From positions 682,001 to 746,000 of the forward strand of contig NW_025767022.1 of NCBI RefSeq assembly GCF_003918875.1: a DNA stretch of 64,000 nt, given 5' to 3'. The notes beneath the pieces are model-generated. The model ran no database searches. It was not told the DNA's origin and saw only the letters and a list, made by a program, of their open reading frames with translations. Numbering within the stretch: the stretch's first letter is position 1; every line of letters starts with the position of its first letter. Source of the stretch: Haliotis rubra. Its lineage: Eukaryota. Positions 26,955-40,600 of this stretch are shown one piece after another. The translations under genes were made by a program, and so were the position numbers.

Positions 26955-27234
26955 GAGGTTTCCACTGCCACAGGCTGGCAGTACCTCACCCTGTGTATTT
27001 CCCGTGAGGTTTCCACTGCCACAGGTAAGCCACAGGTAGGCTGTACCCCACTCTGTGTATTTCCCCTCGAGGTTTCAACTGCCACAGGTAGGCAGTACCT
27101 CACTCTGTGTATTTATCCTGAGATTTCCACTGCCACAGGTAGGCAGTACCTCACTCTGTGTATTTCCCCGTGAGGTTTCCACAGCCACAGGTAGGCCACA
27201 GGTATTAAGCCATGAGGCTTCCACTGCAATAGGT
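26955..27234. repeat. Imperfect tandem repeat, ~52-bp unit, ~5-6 copies
   Basis: GAGGTTTCCACTGCCACAGGTAGGCAGTACCTCACTCTGTGTATTTCCCC recurring. Confidence 0.85.
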
Positions 27235-27376
27235 ATAGGCCCTTTATGAATGATAAACGGAATCATTACAATATGAATTACCTGCAATATTCTCCACTGG
27301 AGCGTAAAAGTGCTCACTCAGCAATGTGACAAGTATAATACACGTGAATGATGATACAGGCCTGTGTAAGGGTCTC

Positions 27377-29268
27377 AACTAGCCGCCTAGCTGGTAGCCA
27401 CACTGACAGTACGGGAGGCTGCACCAATGGCTGGTTGTAGAGACTACAATATGAACTAGCCGCCTAGTTGGAAGCCACACTGACACCACGGGAGGCTGCT
27501 GGTTGTAGAGACAACAATATGAACTAGCCGCCTAGCTAGTAGCCACACTGACAGTACGGGAGGCTGCTGGTTGTAGAGACTACAATATGAACTAGCCGCC
27601 TAGCTGGTAGCCACACTGACAGTACGGGAGGCTGCTGGCTGGTTGTAGACAACAATACTAGCAATAGCTGAACTAGCCGCCACGGGAGTTGGAAGCCACA
27701 CTGACACCACGGGAGGCTGCTGGTTGTAGAGACAACAATATGAACTAGCCGCCTAGCTAGTAGCCACACTGACAGTACGGGAGGCTGCTGGTTGGTTGTA
27801 GAGACTACAATATGAACAAGCCGCCTAGCTGGAAGCCACACTGACAGCACGGGAGGCTGCACAATGGCTGGTTTTAGAGACTACAATATGAACTAGCCGC
27901 CTAGCTGGAAGCCACACTGACAGCACGGGAGGCTGCACATTGGCTGGTTGTAGAGACTACAATATGAACTAGCCGCCTAGCTGGAAGCCACACTGACAGT
28001 ACGGGAAGGCTACACCAATGGCTGGTTGTAGAGACTACAATATGAACTAGCCGCCTAGCTGGAAGCCACACTGACAGCACGGGAGGCCGCACCGATGGCT
28101 GGTTGTAGAGACTACAATATGAACTAGCCGCCTAGCTGGAAGCCACACTGACAGCACGGGAGGCTGCACAATGGCTGGTTGTAGAGACTACAATATGAAC
28201 TAGCCGCCTAGCTGGAAGCCACAATGACAGTACAGGAGGCTGCACCGATGGGTGGTTGTAGAGACTACAATATGAACTAGCCGCCTAGCTGGTAGCCACA
28301 CTGACAGTACGGGAGGCTGCTGGTTGTAGAAACTACAATATGAACTAGCCGCCTAGCTGGAAGCCACACTGACAATACGGGAGGCTACACCAATGGCTGG
28401 TTGTAGAAACTACAATATGAACTAGCCGCCTAGCTGGAAGCCACACTGACAATACGGGAGGCTGCACCAATGGCTGGTTGTAGAGACAACAATATGCCCG
28501 CCTGGCTGGAAGCCACACTGACAGTACGGGAGGCTGCACCGATGGCTGGTTGTAGAAACTACAATATGAACTAGCCGCCTAGCTGGAAGCCACACTGACA
28601 GTACGGGAGGCTACACCGATGGCTGGTTGTAGAGACTACAATATGAACTAGCCGCCTAGCTGGAAGCCACACTGACAGCACGGGAGGCTGCACCAATGGC
28701 TGGTTGTAGAGACTACAATATGAACTAGCCGCCTAGCTGGAAGCCACACTGACAAGACGGGAGGCTGCACAATGGCTGGTTGTAGAGACTACAATATGAA
28801 CTAGCCGCCTTGCTGGAAGCCACACTGACAGCACGGGAGGCTGCACAATGGCTGGTTTTAGAGACTGCAGTATGAACTAGCCGCCTAGCTGGAAGCCACA
28901 CTGACAAGACGGGAGGCTGCACAATGGTTGGTTGTAGAGACTACAATATGAACTAGCCGCCTAGCTGGAAGCCACACTGACAAGACGGGAGGCTGCACAA
29001 TGGCTGGTTTTAGAGACTACAATATGAACTAGCCGCCTAGCTGGAAGCCACACTGACAGTACGGGAGGCTGCACCAATGGCTGGTTGTAGAGACTACAAT
29101 ATGAGCTAACCGCCTATATATAGCTGGAAGCCATGGCCACACTGACAGTACGGGAGGCTGCTGGTTGTAGAGACTACAATATGAACTAGCCGCCTATATA
29201 TAGCTGGAAGCCACACTGACGGCACGGGAGGCTGCTGGTTGTAGAGACTGCAGTATGAACTAGCCGCC
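27377..29268. repeat. Minisatellite, 77-bp unit (shorter ~67-bp variants near both ends), ~25 copies
   Basis: AACTAGCCGCCTAGCTGGAAGCCACACTGACAGTACGGGAGGCTGCACCAATGGCTGGTTGTAGAGACTACAATATG; first two units start at 27377 and 27454. Confidence 0.95.
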
Positions 29269-29459
29269 CTGAACTACCATTGCTAACCTAAAATGCTTGA
29301 CGTGTAGTTTGATGGATTACACATACTTCAAGCGTCGAAGACGCAGAGATGCGCGTATGGGTGAGTGAGTGAGTTATAATTTTACATCGCGCGTATCGAG
29401 AAAACACAGTTGTTTCAATCGGTGAATATTATTATGGTGACGATGGTAAAGTGGAGACT

Positions 29460-29950
29460 AGACCGGGTTGTTATGAGAGGGGAAGAATTCAACACAGGGC
29501 GGGGTTGGGTGTTACCAGAGGATTAAAACAGGACGGTGAGTTTATTAAAAAAGATGCAGGGAAGAGGTTGTTACAGTTCATAAAAATATGACGGTGAGGT
29601 TGTTACTGAGGATGACGATAAAAGGATGAGGTTGTTACAGGGGGTGACGATAAGACGGTGAGGTTGTTACAAAGCATGAATACATTACAGGGAGGTTGTT
29701 ACGGGGAATGACGAAAATCCTTTGAGGTTGTGACTGGATGAGTACATGGTAGTGTGGTTGTGACAGGTGATGAGTACAAGATAGTGAGGTTTTTACAGAG
29801 GATGAAGGCAGGACCTGGAGGTTATTGCAATGGATGCAGGCAAGATGGAAATATGGTAAAATGGTGTAAAGACACGATGAGGAGGTTGTTACATTTGCGT
29901 GAAGGACAGGATGGTAAGTTTATCACACTGGATGGATATTTACGTTGTAA
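29460..29950. repeat. Highly degenerate ancient tandem repeat, ~33-bp period
   Basis: Recurring GGTGAGGTTGTTACAGAGGATGA-like motif. Confidence 0.65.
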
Positions 29951-32071
29951 GGTTAAGGCACAGAAGACGACGGAACAAGAAGCTAGGTAGTTTAATTGCA
30001 TGAGGACTAACAGGGGAAGTTTTGACATGTGACGTGACACCAAAGAGATCGTTTAAAAGGACTAAACAATGACATGACTTGAGTTGTGGACAGCACGGTG
30101 AGAGTGTGACATATCTGTACTCGCCGGGGTCACGGGAACAAAGTGGCAAGAACATGTGCTATATTTATGGCTTGTTTATTCAGAAACTAACACGGGGGAG
30201 CTAAGGTTAGCAACCCTCGAAATCTGAGGCACGTAAAGAATATTTTTTCTTCCTGGTGAACTTCTTAAGAGGCGATGTTAATGATCAACTAGCGTGTGAC
30301 AAAACGATCGAAAGCGTTGAATTACTCCTGTCGTCATTATCTGACTGTTTAGCCTCGCATCAGGTGAAACGTTTCACACACACGGCCTCTTAAGCCCACA
30401 AAGATCGGTAATCAACAACGCTGGAATTGGTGAGGATGACGTTGAAACCAATCGCCGTGCAAGACGATGCGGAGATGGCACCGTGCGACCGAAACAAGAC
30501 ACCACAAGGGAAGCTCAGGGGAATCCAAATAGATATCACACAAACTACACTCATATCATTAAAGTGTACTTAGACAATGATCCACTGACCGAATCCTCGC
30601 TGACCAATGCATGATGGCGAGAGGCTTGCTTCAGCTCCACGTTAACGCATGCAGCATGTTTGACAGAAGATCATGTGGTGCTCCCAAATGGTTCTCGGTT
30701 CCCATGTCAATGTCTCGTTGGATTAAGACAATTCCAAGTGATTATCATGTGAGATGATGACCTTTAACGATCCGAATCGACGCAGTTAACAATCATATGC
30801 TGGTTCTTGGGAGATCATTGGTCTCATCACCGGTTTTCATACATCCATTCGTATAATTTTCGTCCCAATTCTGCCTCTGCCGAATGTGGTCACTTTCGAC
30901 GGATAATCAAGTCTAGTTATTATTTTATATTCATCATGGTAAAACATTGTCATGTCAAAGTTTGAAGCAGCATTTCCGAAGCGTATCAATTGCAATATGT
31001 TAATTTTATTAGTGACCATTCTCAAATCTGCTCATACTCAGATATGTACATTTCTTGCTGGAACAAAATCATTTTTTCAAGTAATATCGTACAATTTAGC
31101 AATATGTTCCGGTGAAAAGTTTGGCCCACAGAAACTGCTAGTTCCAATCCACCTTTCTATCTTAACTTGGTCACTTGTTTGCCAGGGCAGTATCAGGTAA
31201 AATGGTAAGCGCGAGTTGATGCAAGGGAGTTTTTAAGCCGTTTTTCGACATATCTCAAGGCATCCACGGCAAATGACACCAGTAACGGAATTCATGTATT
31301 TTACTCATGTTCCCAATCGCTCCACATCAACACATACGAGCGGTGACAACCCTTCTGTCTGATGTGTTCCGGGATGGTACATTACACATCCAAGCCATGT
31401 ATGTAGCATACAGACCTCGTGTGGCCGGAGTGGGTACTAAACGAAGACGTCACCAGAATATACCGATACCTTTCGGAACCACGTTACCATGGAAACGTAT
31501 GTACACTAAAATGGTCAAGGTCCAGAATCTGGAATATGTTGATTGATGGGAAACTGTCAGAATGTACGACGTTCTCGCTGAAATACCGAACTAATCTCGT
31601 GCGAGACGAGCCTTTGATATTTAGATAGAAAGCGTTGATGACACTTTAATAAGAAAGTTAATGTCGACAAGGATATTGATAATACTGAGGATGTACAGCT
31701 TTATTACGATTACACATGTGACCATTCCATATGTCTTAAGGCTACATGTCTCCCAAGGAGTGTGTAATTGCCGCAGTCCAGCTCTCCTGCGGTAAAATGA
31801 ACGTACTCCTCCAGGGACCACAACAGTGACTGACAACATGAACATAACGCTAAGCAATCTACCGCCGGGTCGGACCATCTGGTCCAGATTATCCGCCTCT
31901 CGCGACCAGCAATGGATCCGGTAAAACCATCACGACCTGCTGTTAAGGGATGTGGTTACATCCGGGAGGTCGTAATACAGAGCAACCTATCGACACCAGA
32001 GACTGCTATAGTGGAAATAGTTACACACAATCCCATGTTGAAAATCTACACCTGAAACTGAACGCAAAACG

Positions 32072-32227
32072 CTAGTCTGTCTCACAGTCCGTGGTCCATA
32101 TGTTCCTCTTCTGCACAAAACCTTCTAAAATGTAAAAGCTCTAAATGAAGGACGTTTAGATTTTCCCCAGGTCCATCTCCCATTTCTATGTGGCTCCTTT
32201 TCAGTTGAAATAGAGTTATTTGTTTCT
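32072..32227 (+). repeat. Dispersed repeat, copy 1 (paralog at 34993)
   Basis: Exact CTAGTCTGTCTCACAGTC start, then collinear blocks TATGTTCC, ATGAAG, TAGAT, GGCTCCT and GTTATTTGTT shared with 34993-35155. Confidence 0.65.
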
Positions 32228-32870
32228 ATCAAAATTACATGTTTTCAGAGACTAAGCGTTAATCTAACAAAATGCATTTTCCTCACTTTTCCATTTGCTA
32301 GGAAAAGCGCTTCGCTGTAGATAGAAAACATATGTTTTCCAAACCCTGGCTCTCGTCTTCATCATAAAATGTTCCACGTAGGTGTTTTAAGAATTAATTA
32401 CCTATCGCTTACTTATAATTACAGCTCATCCCCGATAACGATCTCTCATGGAACATCTACTTCGAGGCGTCTGTCACAGATATTATGCTGTTCGGGGCTT
32501 TAATAAACATGAAAGACGCCGCAGCATATTAATGTCAACGATCAGCCGAAGAAGCGAATTATCTGTTTACTCTATTTGCCTATCAAAGTGATCATAATTT
32601 ACATTAATGGGAACCTACACGTACAATGTACATAAACAGTACAGAGGAAACTGTACCCGTAAATTTAGTAATTCGCATGTCACCAGGTCATCATGGCAAA
32701 TGACTTGGGAGATGATGATGTTTATGTCGTGTAGCAGCCCACGGAGTAGACGGAGCTGGCACAGATGCTGGACTCATTATGTGGTACGTCCTGATGAACC
32801 TGTATTCCTGTGCTGAACTGAACTGAACTGAATTCTTTACATTAATAATTTACCGCTTTCAAAATTACCA

Positions 32871-33994
32871 TTGGCTATTCTTGAGAGTCGTCCCATCCGG
32901 TGTGACGTTAACGTTGGTTATTCTTGAGAGTTGTCCCATCCGGTGTGACGTTAACGTTGATTATTCTTGAGAGTCGTCCCATCCGGTGTGACGTTAACGT
33001 TGGTTATTCTTGAGAGTCGTCCAATCCGGTGAGAAGTTACCATTGGTTATTCTTGAGAGTCGTCCAATCCGGTGTGAAGTTACCATTGGTTATTCTTGAG
33101 AGTCGTCCCATCCGGTGTGAAGTTACCATTGGTTATTCTTGAGAGTCGTCCGATCCGGTGTGACGTTAACGTTGATTATTCTTGAGAGTCGTCCGATCCG
33201 TTGTGACGTTAACGTTGATTATTCTTGAGAGTCGTCCGATCCGGTGTGACGTTAACGTTGGTTATTCTTGAGAGTCGTCCGATCCGGTGTGACGTTAACG
33301 TTGATTATTCTTGAGAGTCGTCCCATCCGGTGTGACGTTAACGTTGGTTATTCTTGAGAGTCGTCCCATCCGGTGTGACGTTAACGTTGGTTATTCTTGA
33401 GAGTCGTCCGATCCGGTGTGAAGTTAACGTTGGTTATTCTTGAGAGTCGTCCCATCCGGTGTGACGTTAACGTTGAATATTCTTGAGAGTCGTCCCATCC
33501 GGTGTGACGTTAACGTTGGTTATTCTTGAGAGTCGTCCCATCCGGTGTGACGTTAACGTTGATTATTCTTGAGAGTCGTCCCATCCGGTGTGAAGTTACC
33601 ATTGGTCATTCTTGAGAGTCGTCCAATCCGGTGTGAAGTTACCATTGGTTATTCTTGAGAGTCGTCCCATCCGGTGTGACGTTAACGTTGGTTATTCTTG
33701 AGAGTCGTCCGATCCGGTGTGACGTTAACGTTGATTATTCTTGAGAGTCGTCCGATCCGGTGTGACGTTAACGTTGATTATTCTTGAGAGTCGTCCCATC
33801 CGGTGTGACGTTAACGTTGGTTATTCTTGAGAGTCGTCCCAACCGGTGTGACGTTAACGTTGATTATTCTTGAAAGTCGTCCGATCCGGTGAGACGTTAA
33901 CGTTGATTGTTCTTGAGAGTCGTCCCAACCGGTGTGACGTTAACGTTGGTTATTCTTGAGAGTCGTCCCATCCGGTGTGAAGCTACCATTGGTT
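32871..33994. repeat. Minisatellite, 43-bp unit, ~26 copies
   Basis: TTGGTTATTCTTGAGAGTCGTCCCATCCGGTGTGACGTTAACG; first two units start at 32871 and 32914. Confidence 0.95.
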
Positions 33995-34992
33995 AAACGC
34001 TACACCGCAACCTGGTTGTGTCACGCGCGTGTCAGTTAATGCACAACAATACACAAAACAACACCTTCACATTCCACCATTACATTAAAGCAACGAGTTT
34101 ACTTAAAGGATTCTGCAATAGTTGCATGCTTATGAAGGACCAGAAAAATCTGTATTAACATGGTATTGTTCGCCCTAATGTCCTTCCTGTGTATACAGAG
34201 TATCAGGGTGCTAGGTGAACATTACATTGTCAGATTCATCAGCCCAAAGATGGAGCAAAAACCACAAGATAGCACGTGAACAAACATCAACCGTTTTATT
34301 GCAAGTCGTAGCGTATGCGCCCCATGTTATCAAAATTGCAATTTCTTTCCTGATGTGCTACAAAACATATTTCTTTTAAAACCGTATTCATTTCCAAATG
34401 GAAAATTGTCCATGAGGGAGAGTAGGCGGCAAATAGCAAGATCGCTACAAGCGTGAGTGACGATGACAAACACGTCCACGTCGAAGAGCGAGCTGCGGCG
34501 AAAGTAGGCACGGCCATGCTTTCACGACCAGCGATCACATTTAGAGCTTCTATCCATTACGACAACATCTGTCATTATCTGCACAAAGTAACCGCTAAAG
34601 CCAAGTTAGTTGTAATCAGTATTTTATTGCTTTCTAATATCATCCTTGCTTCAGGGAAAACGTGACAAATTCAAAAAGTTTCAGATAATTGCAAAATTTT
34701 GACTTAAGCTTTGTTTTAATCGGTTAAATGGAATATGTGGTGAAATTCCGAGTGAACTTTACTTCATAATTTGGTGAAAACGTTCAGTGTTTAAACTTAG
34801 ATGACATCGCCTCAAGGCAAATATGTCAATTTATATTCAATGACATCATAACTGAGTTTGATTTCTTCACAGCGTGCGTGTGACGACTTTACATCTCGAG
34901 TATAAACAGATCCACGCCTCCATACTAATTATGTAAAGCAGGAACTTGTATTTCTCTTTGCTATTTTCATGTCAGATCTTTTAACTAAGCCT

Positions 34993-35155
34993 CTAGTCTG
35001 TCTCACAGTCTCTGAACCACATTATGTTCCCAATTGCCAAACCCTCTCTGCAATACTAGAGCCCTGCATGAAGCAAGTCTAGATCTTCTCGGGTTTGGGG
35101 TCTGTTATCTCATCTCACTAGGGCTCCTATACATTTTAAATGGGGTTATTTGTTA
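34993..35155 (+). repeat. Dispersed repeat, copy 2 (paralog at 32072)
   Basis: Same 18-bp start and collinear blocks as 32072-32227. Confidence 0.65.
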
Positions 35156-36093
35156 CTTGCTTGTTACGCGATGTGTGGCCATTGCTTAGAGCAACGTTAG
35201 AACCAACCGCATAGACGTCATGATCCACCATTACGTCCCTTTCTCACGCCAGGATCTTAATACGAGTTCCAATCCAAGATTCGTCATGATACTGACCCAA
35301 CACCAATAGCTTGTCAGCGCGACGGATTCTTTGGTTTCAACACACCTGTTTAACGCCGGGGCGTCGTTACATAACGGAAACATACTTAAAGAGTTGACCC
35401 AACTCACCCACCGAGCTGGCCAAGAGTATGGAACAACAGCATCTACAGTGAAGATCACGACTAAAGTACTGAGCAATAATGATTGAAGTCGTAATGCAAT
35501 TGAAAACCCACTTACACAATACAGCTAAACCTGCACATTCTACATAACATCTAGAATACGAAGAAGTTGATGTGCTAACGAAAGAAACTTCCTGTTGTAT
35601 GTGTGAAGACTGTGTGTCAACATATCTGTACAAGGGGCTTGCAGGAAATCATGATGCTTATTCTGCATGAACACAAGTCACAGCTAAGATCTCCGTGGTC
35701 TTCAAACAGAGACACACTTTCAGACGTGAAAGAGTTTCATGTACCCTTAAAGAGCAAGGGATGAGGGTACGCGGAAGCGGTTTACATTATACCGATTTTA
35801 TCAGGCACCAAGAAGCATTGGAATTAAGACAGATATGTTAGGTAAATATGCACAATTAATCACTCACTCAATTGCCAGTAACCTGATGACCATTTTTGGC
35901 GAAAGCCATGTTCACAGATAGGATTTTTTTTGTGTTTCAACGTTGTTTGCCTTCACACATACTCGTACCCACTCCAAAAGGCTCTGATGTATAGAGTCTC
36001 ATGTAAAATAAATAACTATTTCCGGGGTTGTGACTGGGTACCAGGTGGGATCACTGGAATTCATCACGTAGGATTTTGTATGTTTATCTGATA

Positions 36094-37603
36094 CTCTCCC
36101 CCCAAAAACCGCATATAGGAATTTAAATTGTATTTTTGTGTTTATTTTGAAACATCTTGTAGGCTTTATGAGTCAATGAAATATAGCGAAATTGCACACT
36201 GGGAATGCAGACTTATCCGTCTTTGGCACCAACTCGAGGAAGGCAGTTTGAGTGTCACATGGAGACGTGTGGTGGCGCTGAAGTCAATACATCGTGTGAC
36301 CACCGTGGGCATCCAGAACTGCACGGCATCGCCTCGGCATCGAACGAATAAGTCTCAGAATCTCGTGTTGCCCAATCGCAGCCCACTCTGCCTGTAGTGC
36401 CTGTACGAGTTGCTGAAGTGTCTGGGGCTGAGGGTTACGGCGTCGCACCCGTCTGTCCAGGGCATCCCACAGATGTTCGATCGGGTTTAAGTCCGGTGAT
36501 CTTGAGGGCCAGGGGAACACATTGATGTTGTGGTTCTGGAGGAAGTCTCTAGTGTGACGTGCTGTGTGGGGCCTGGCATTGTCCTGTTGAAACAACTCCC
36601 TCTGGCGATCAATGATTGGAAGGAGGTGTGGGCGTAAGATTTCGTCACAGTACCGTTGAGCCGTCAGGTTGTCCTGGATCATCACCAAATCACTTCTCCT
36701 TCGGCAGGTGATCGCTCCCCACATCATAACACTCTCTCGGCCGAATCTATCCACCTGGGTAACGCAAGCGTCGGCGAAACGTTCACGTCGACGTCTGTAC
36801 ACCCGCATTCTTCCATCGCGTCGTTCCAACAGAAATCGTGATTCATCACTGAACCAGATTCTACGCCAATTCGGTAGGTTCCAGGCCTGAACACATTCTG
36901 AACTCGATGTCGACGATGTTGTTGTCGAAGCACAGGGCCAAAATAAGGTCTTCTGGCACGTAAACCAGCCTCTCTCAACCTGTTCCTGACGGTCTGTGCA
37001 GAAAGCCTCCTCAATCCGGGTATTTGTCGAGCGGTACTGGTCGCCGTAGCTGTTCGATGACGTAGGTGATGTACCCGGATGTAGCGATCCTGCGCCGCAG
37101 TGGTCGCTCGAGGTCGCCCATTACGAGGGGCATCTGCTACCGAATTCTACCGGCGATATCTCTCCCAGAGCCGTGAAATGGTGCTTTGGTGAACATTCAT
37201 GCGTCGGGCAACTGCACGTTGAGACTGGCCAGCTTCAAGCAAACCAATGGCGATATGACGGTTGGCTTCACTTAGACGTGGCATTTTGCGTTCGTCAACA
37301 TTATTCCAAATACAGTGAATAATCGACAGACAGCGATCAACCTTTTATACCAATCATTGAGACTATCTGATCCCCAACTTTCACGTGCATTACATGTGAA
37401 TTGTGTATTCTGTGACACTACACGCCGAAATTGAAAATCATGCTGTTAAATACGGGTATTTTACGGATGGTGCGTTTTGTTGTGATGTTTCAAAACATAG
37501 GACTCATAAACAGAGCAAAACCTTTTGTAAAATGAATCACGTTTTAATTCATTGCTACATGAAATTGCTAGTATTTTCATGATACGTTTCTTTTTTGGGA
37601 GAG
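36094..37603 (-). mobile_element. Tc1/mariner superfamily transposon (Tc1, DD34E), 1.5 kb
   Basis: TA|CTCTCCCCCCAAAAACCGCAT at the left end and GATACGTTTCTTTTTTGGGAGAG|TA at the right end form imperfect TIRs with TA target sites around a Tc1 transposase. Confidence 0.9.
36284..37284 (-). pseudogene. Tc1-like transposase with a premature stop and a frameshift
   Basis: Starts MPRLSEANRHIAIGLLEAGQSQRAVARRMNVHQSTISRL (paired-like HTH); GRPR motif; FSDES; QDNARPH...WPSRSPDLNPIE with 34 residues between D and E. In-frame TAG at 37147-37149; frameshift near 36885-36900. Confidence 0.95.
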
Positions 37604-40600
37604 TATATTATGATATAACGTCGGTAAGGGTTTGTATAAAACTCAACTCATTCCCGATGCCTCCCCCTTCTGTATCTCCCCGAGCAACATCCCCACGGTA
37701 ATATGCAGCCATGGGTACATTATACAAGGCACCAGCTTCAACAATGTGTTTCCATAACGCACAAGTGAACATTCACAATCAAGAAACGAAACACAAGTTT
37801 GGAACTGGAAGTCAATGGTTAGGGAAAAACAACAATAGCAGATGCCGTGGATCTACACCACTACTGCATCAGAGAGTGGCGACGCTATGACACGACTTCA
37901 GTGTATACTCAGTTTGTGATTTAAAACAAGGAATTACGGCATTCGGGACGAAGACTTCAAACACATATCTCACGTGTCCCGGCTCAACTGATTCGCCATA
38001 TGCAGAGAGTGACTTACAGAGATGAGAGCCATCAAGATGGTGGTGACGGATGTGTACGCTTAGCAAGGACCTTGTGATTTTAGATATTAATATTGTCAGT
38101 CATTCACATTATTTTCACACTTGAACAAGATAACGATAGTTATATCATTGACGTGGAACACGGCGTTTACACAACGATTATACTTGAAAAGCTTAATGTA
38201 TTAGGGGGTTATTAATTAGGCGGTTAATGAATTAGGGGGTTATTCCTGTAGATATAATACCTTAACATCATATTATAATCTGTCTCGATCATCCGCCGTA
38301 ACAAATTCCATTTGGCGTAAAAGGAACAATAGTGGGGCAAAACGGAGATGGTCCAGGTGTACAGATAACGAGAAACATGCCGTGCACTATAGGTCTTTCA
38401 AGTAATAAGTGAAAACAGTTTGGTTCGTTGTCTTAACATCAGTAGAATGTTACAAACAGACGTTGGGATCCTGGCTGAGCAGGGAAACAGTTGAACAATG
38501 AGTCTGTCCCGTTCTATATAATCCAGGTGTCCTTCAGGGAATGAACTAATCAAGAGTAATGTTCTTTGTTTGTTACCATACAGGTGATTGCAAACAAGAG
38601 ATCGATAATTATGTATTTATTTCCGAAAAGATTTTAAAGATGATATTCAACATTTTTACAAACCAAACCGACCGTACAGTACGTAAAGGCTTTGTACCAC
38701 TGTAAGCGCACTTACGTGTTAATTCTAAGAATTGAGGTACTGTCAATTGGACTAAAACCGGCCTGTCATTTCACTCTGGTGTTGGAGGTTGCCTGGATTT
38801 TCCTGTTTTCAAAAACGAATCCAATCCGCACTTGGCATGTAAATTCAAGTCGGACCGAATGAGGCCCTTTGTATCGCACTTTTGTCTTTCTCTTATATAT
38901 ACATAAGCAGCCTTTATTGGTACTGTCCCGACCCACAATCTTACAAAGGATCAAGCTTGTCATGCATGTAAATAACAAGGGGATCTAACTTCACTCCGTT
39001 GACAGCACTCGACAATTTACCTGCACTTCCAAAGATACCACCAGTCGCTGCCAGACAACAGCAGGGTTATAGAAGCTGCAATGTATTACAACACTACGGC
39101 AAATACAATAACACAACTTGTGTGTCGGAATTTAGGGGATTTCATTGTACACTCAGCATTTCTCGCGTGTAAAACTTGGTAAAATACACGACGTAACCTG
39201 CAAACAGTACGCCTGTAACTTAGGCTTTGACTGAAGTCATAACTATCAATGAAAGACGCAGGAAATCACTCTCGTTTTCTGTACTTACATGAATCCCTTG
39301 CCGTTGAAAGCCGCAAGTGCCTAATGCCCAGCTAAAGCCTCTTGGGCGGGATGGGGTTCAGGAAACCACTGCTCACGAAGAAGAAGTGTATTCACATAAA
39401 GCCAGATAGTTCTCACTTGTGGACTATTTACAATCCTACCTTGCCTAGCTCAGTAAGACCATCAAATCCTTTTACAGGAAACGAAAAAAAACATCACGTG
39501 GAGTCGAGTTGGGTTGGAATTTACCTCGTTGAACGATGTAATGGTGGGGTACATCGACACTGTCCCTTCTGTTGTTTCCTGTGCTTCAAATGTTCTACTT
39601 CATTATTTCAGGGGTGGTCAGCTTCCCAATAACTGCGATGATGTACTTGGAGCAACACCGTTCTGATGCTGTGACAAAAGACGTGACATTCTGGTTTATG
39701 TAGAGGCCGGATCCCCTTGAGGACACAGCAGTGTGATTGTTGCATTCTGTTTTCACGTTCTACTCTAACATTCAATTTAACTCAACTTCCGACGCATGTC
39801 CCAGTCGAGAGTAGTTTCATTTCAGACGCGCTTTGTGGAACGACCAGAAAATGTAAAATATGACATGTCACGTGCTGTTGGCCCCGCTGGGCATATAACA
39901 CCTTGCCGTGAGTTCTTTCTTCAGCATTGATGGGATATGTCGACATGTTCGTGCATGGGGCACGCGGCTCATTATCACCTGCACTAGATGATATCAGCGC
40001 TTATGCTATTGTAACACAGGATTTCTGTAGTCGTATCTATCACAAAGATCATTGATTCTAAATGGACCCTTGAGGAAATATTGTCAGAATTTAGTTGCGC
40101 CTTGCATTTCAGATCAGGACAGATGCCTAGACCATTGGAAGTTTAGGTTGAATCCTATCGCAGTGATTGACCACGGGTTTTAATCGGGACGGATTGAAGC
40201 TTCAACCCCGCAGGCAGATCCGACAGAAGATGGACGTCATGTATTGGGGGCCTATGTTACAAAGGCTTGTAGTGCTTTTAGTGGGTTTAGTGAACATATG
40301 TTTCGGGCGTGTCTTGTTTCACAGACCCAAGCGTACATTAAATTTGACATTCATCCCATAGCACATCCGTTCCTGCAGGAGCCTGTAGTCAATATTCATT
40401 CAATATTCACTTTGGAGACTAAAAGATTACATGATATTCAGGGGTTTCTTCATTGAAATATTGTTATTTGACCATACACATATTGATTCTTTAACGTTTT
40501 CCACGATCCATAAGCTGGACTAATATACAGAGATTAAGGTCATCCCCACGAAATCGTCGTTTTGTAAATCGGACCGCGCCACCTCCGTGAGATGCTACAT

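Noticed and set aside
31812-31921. Candidate exon with an FN3-like peptide (NITLSNLPPGRTIWSRLSA) between AG and GT
   Set aside because: Lacks the conserved FN3 tyrosine, has a weak acceptor, and no neighbouring exons were found.
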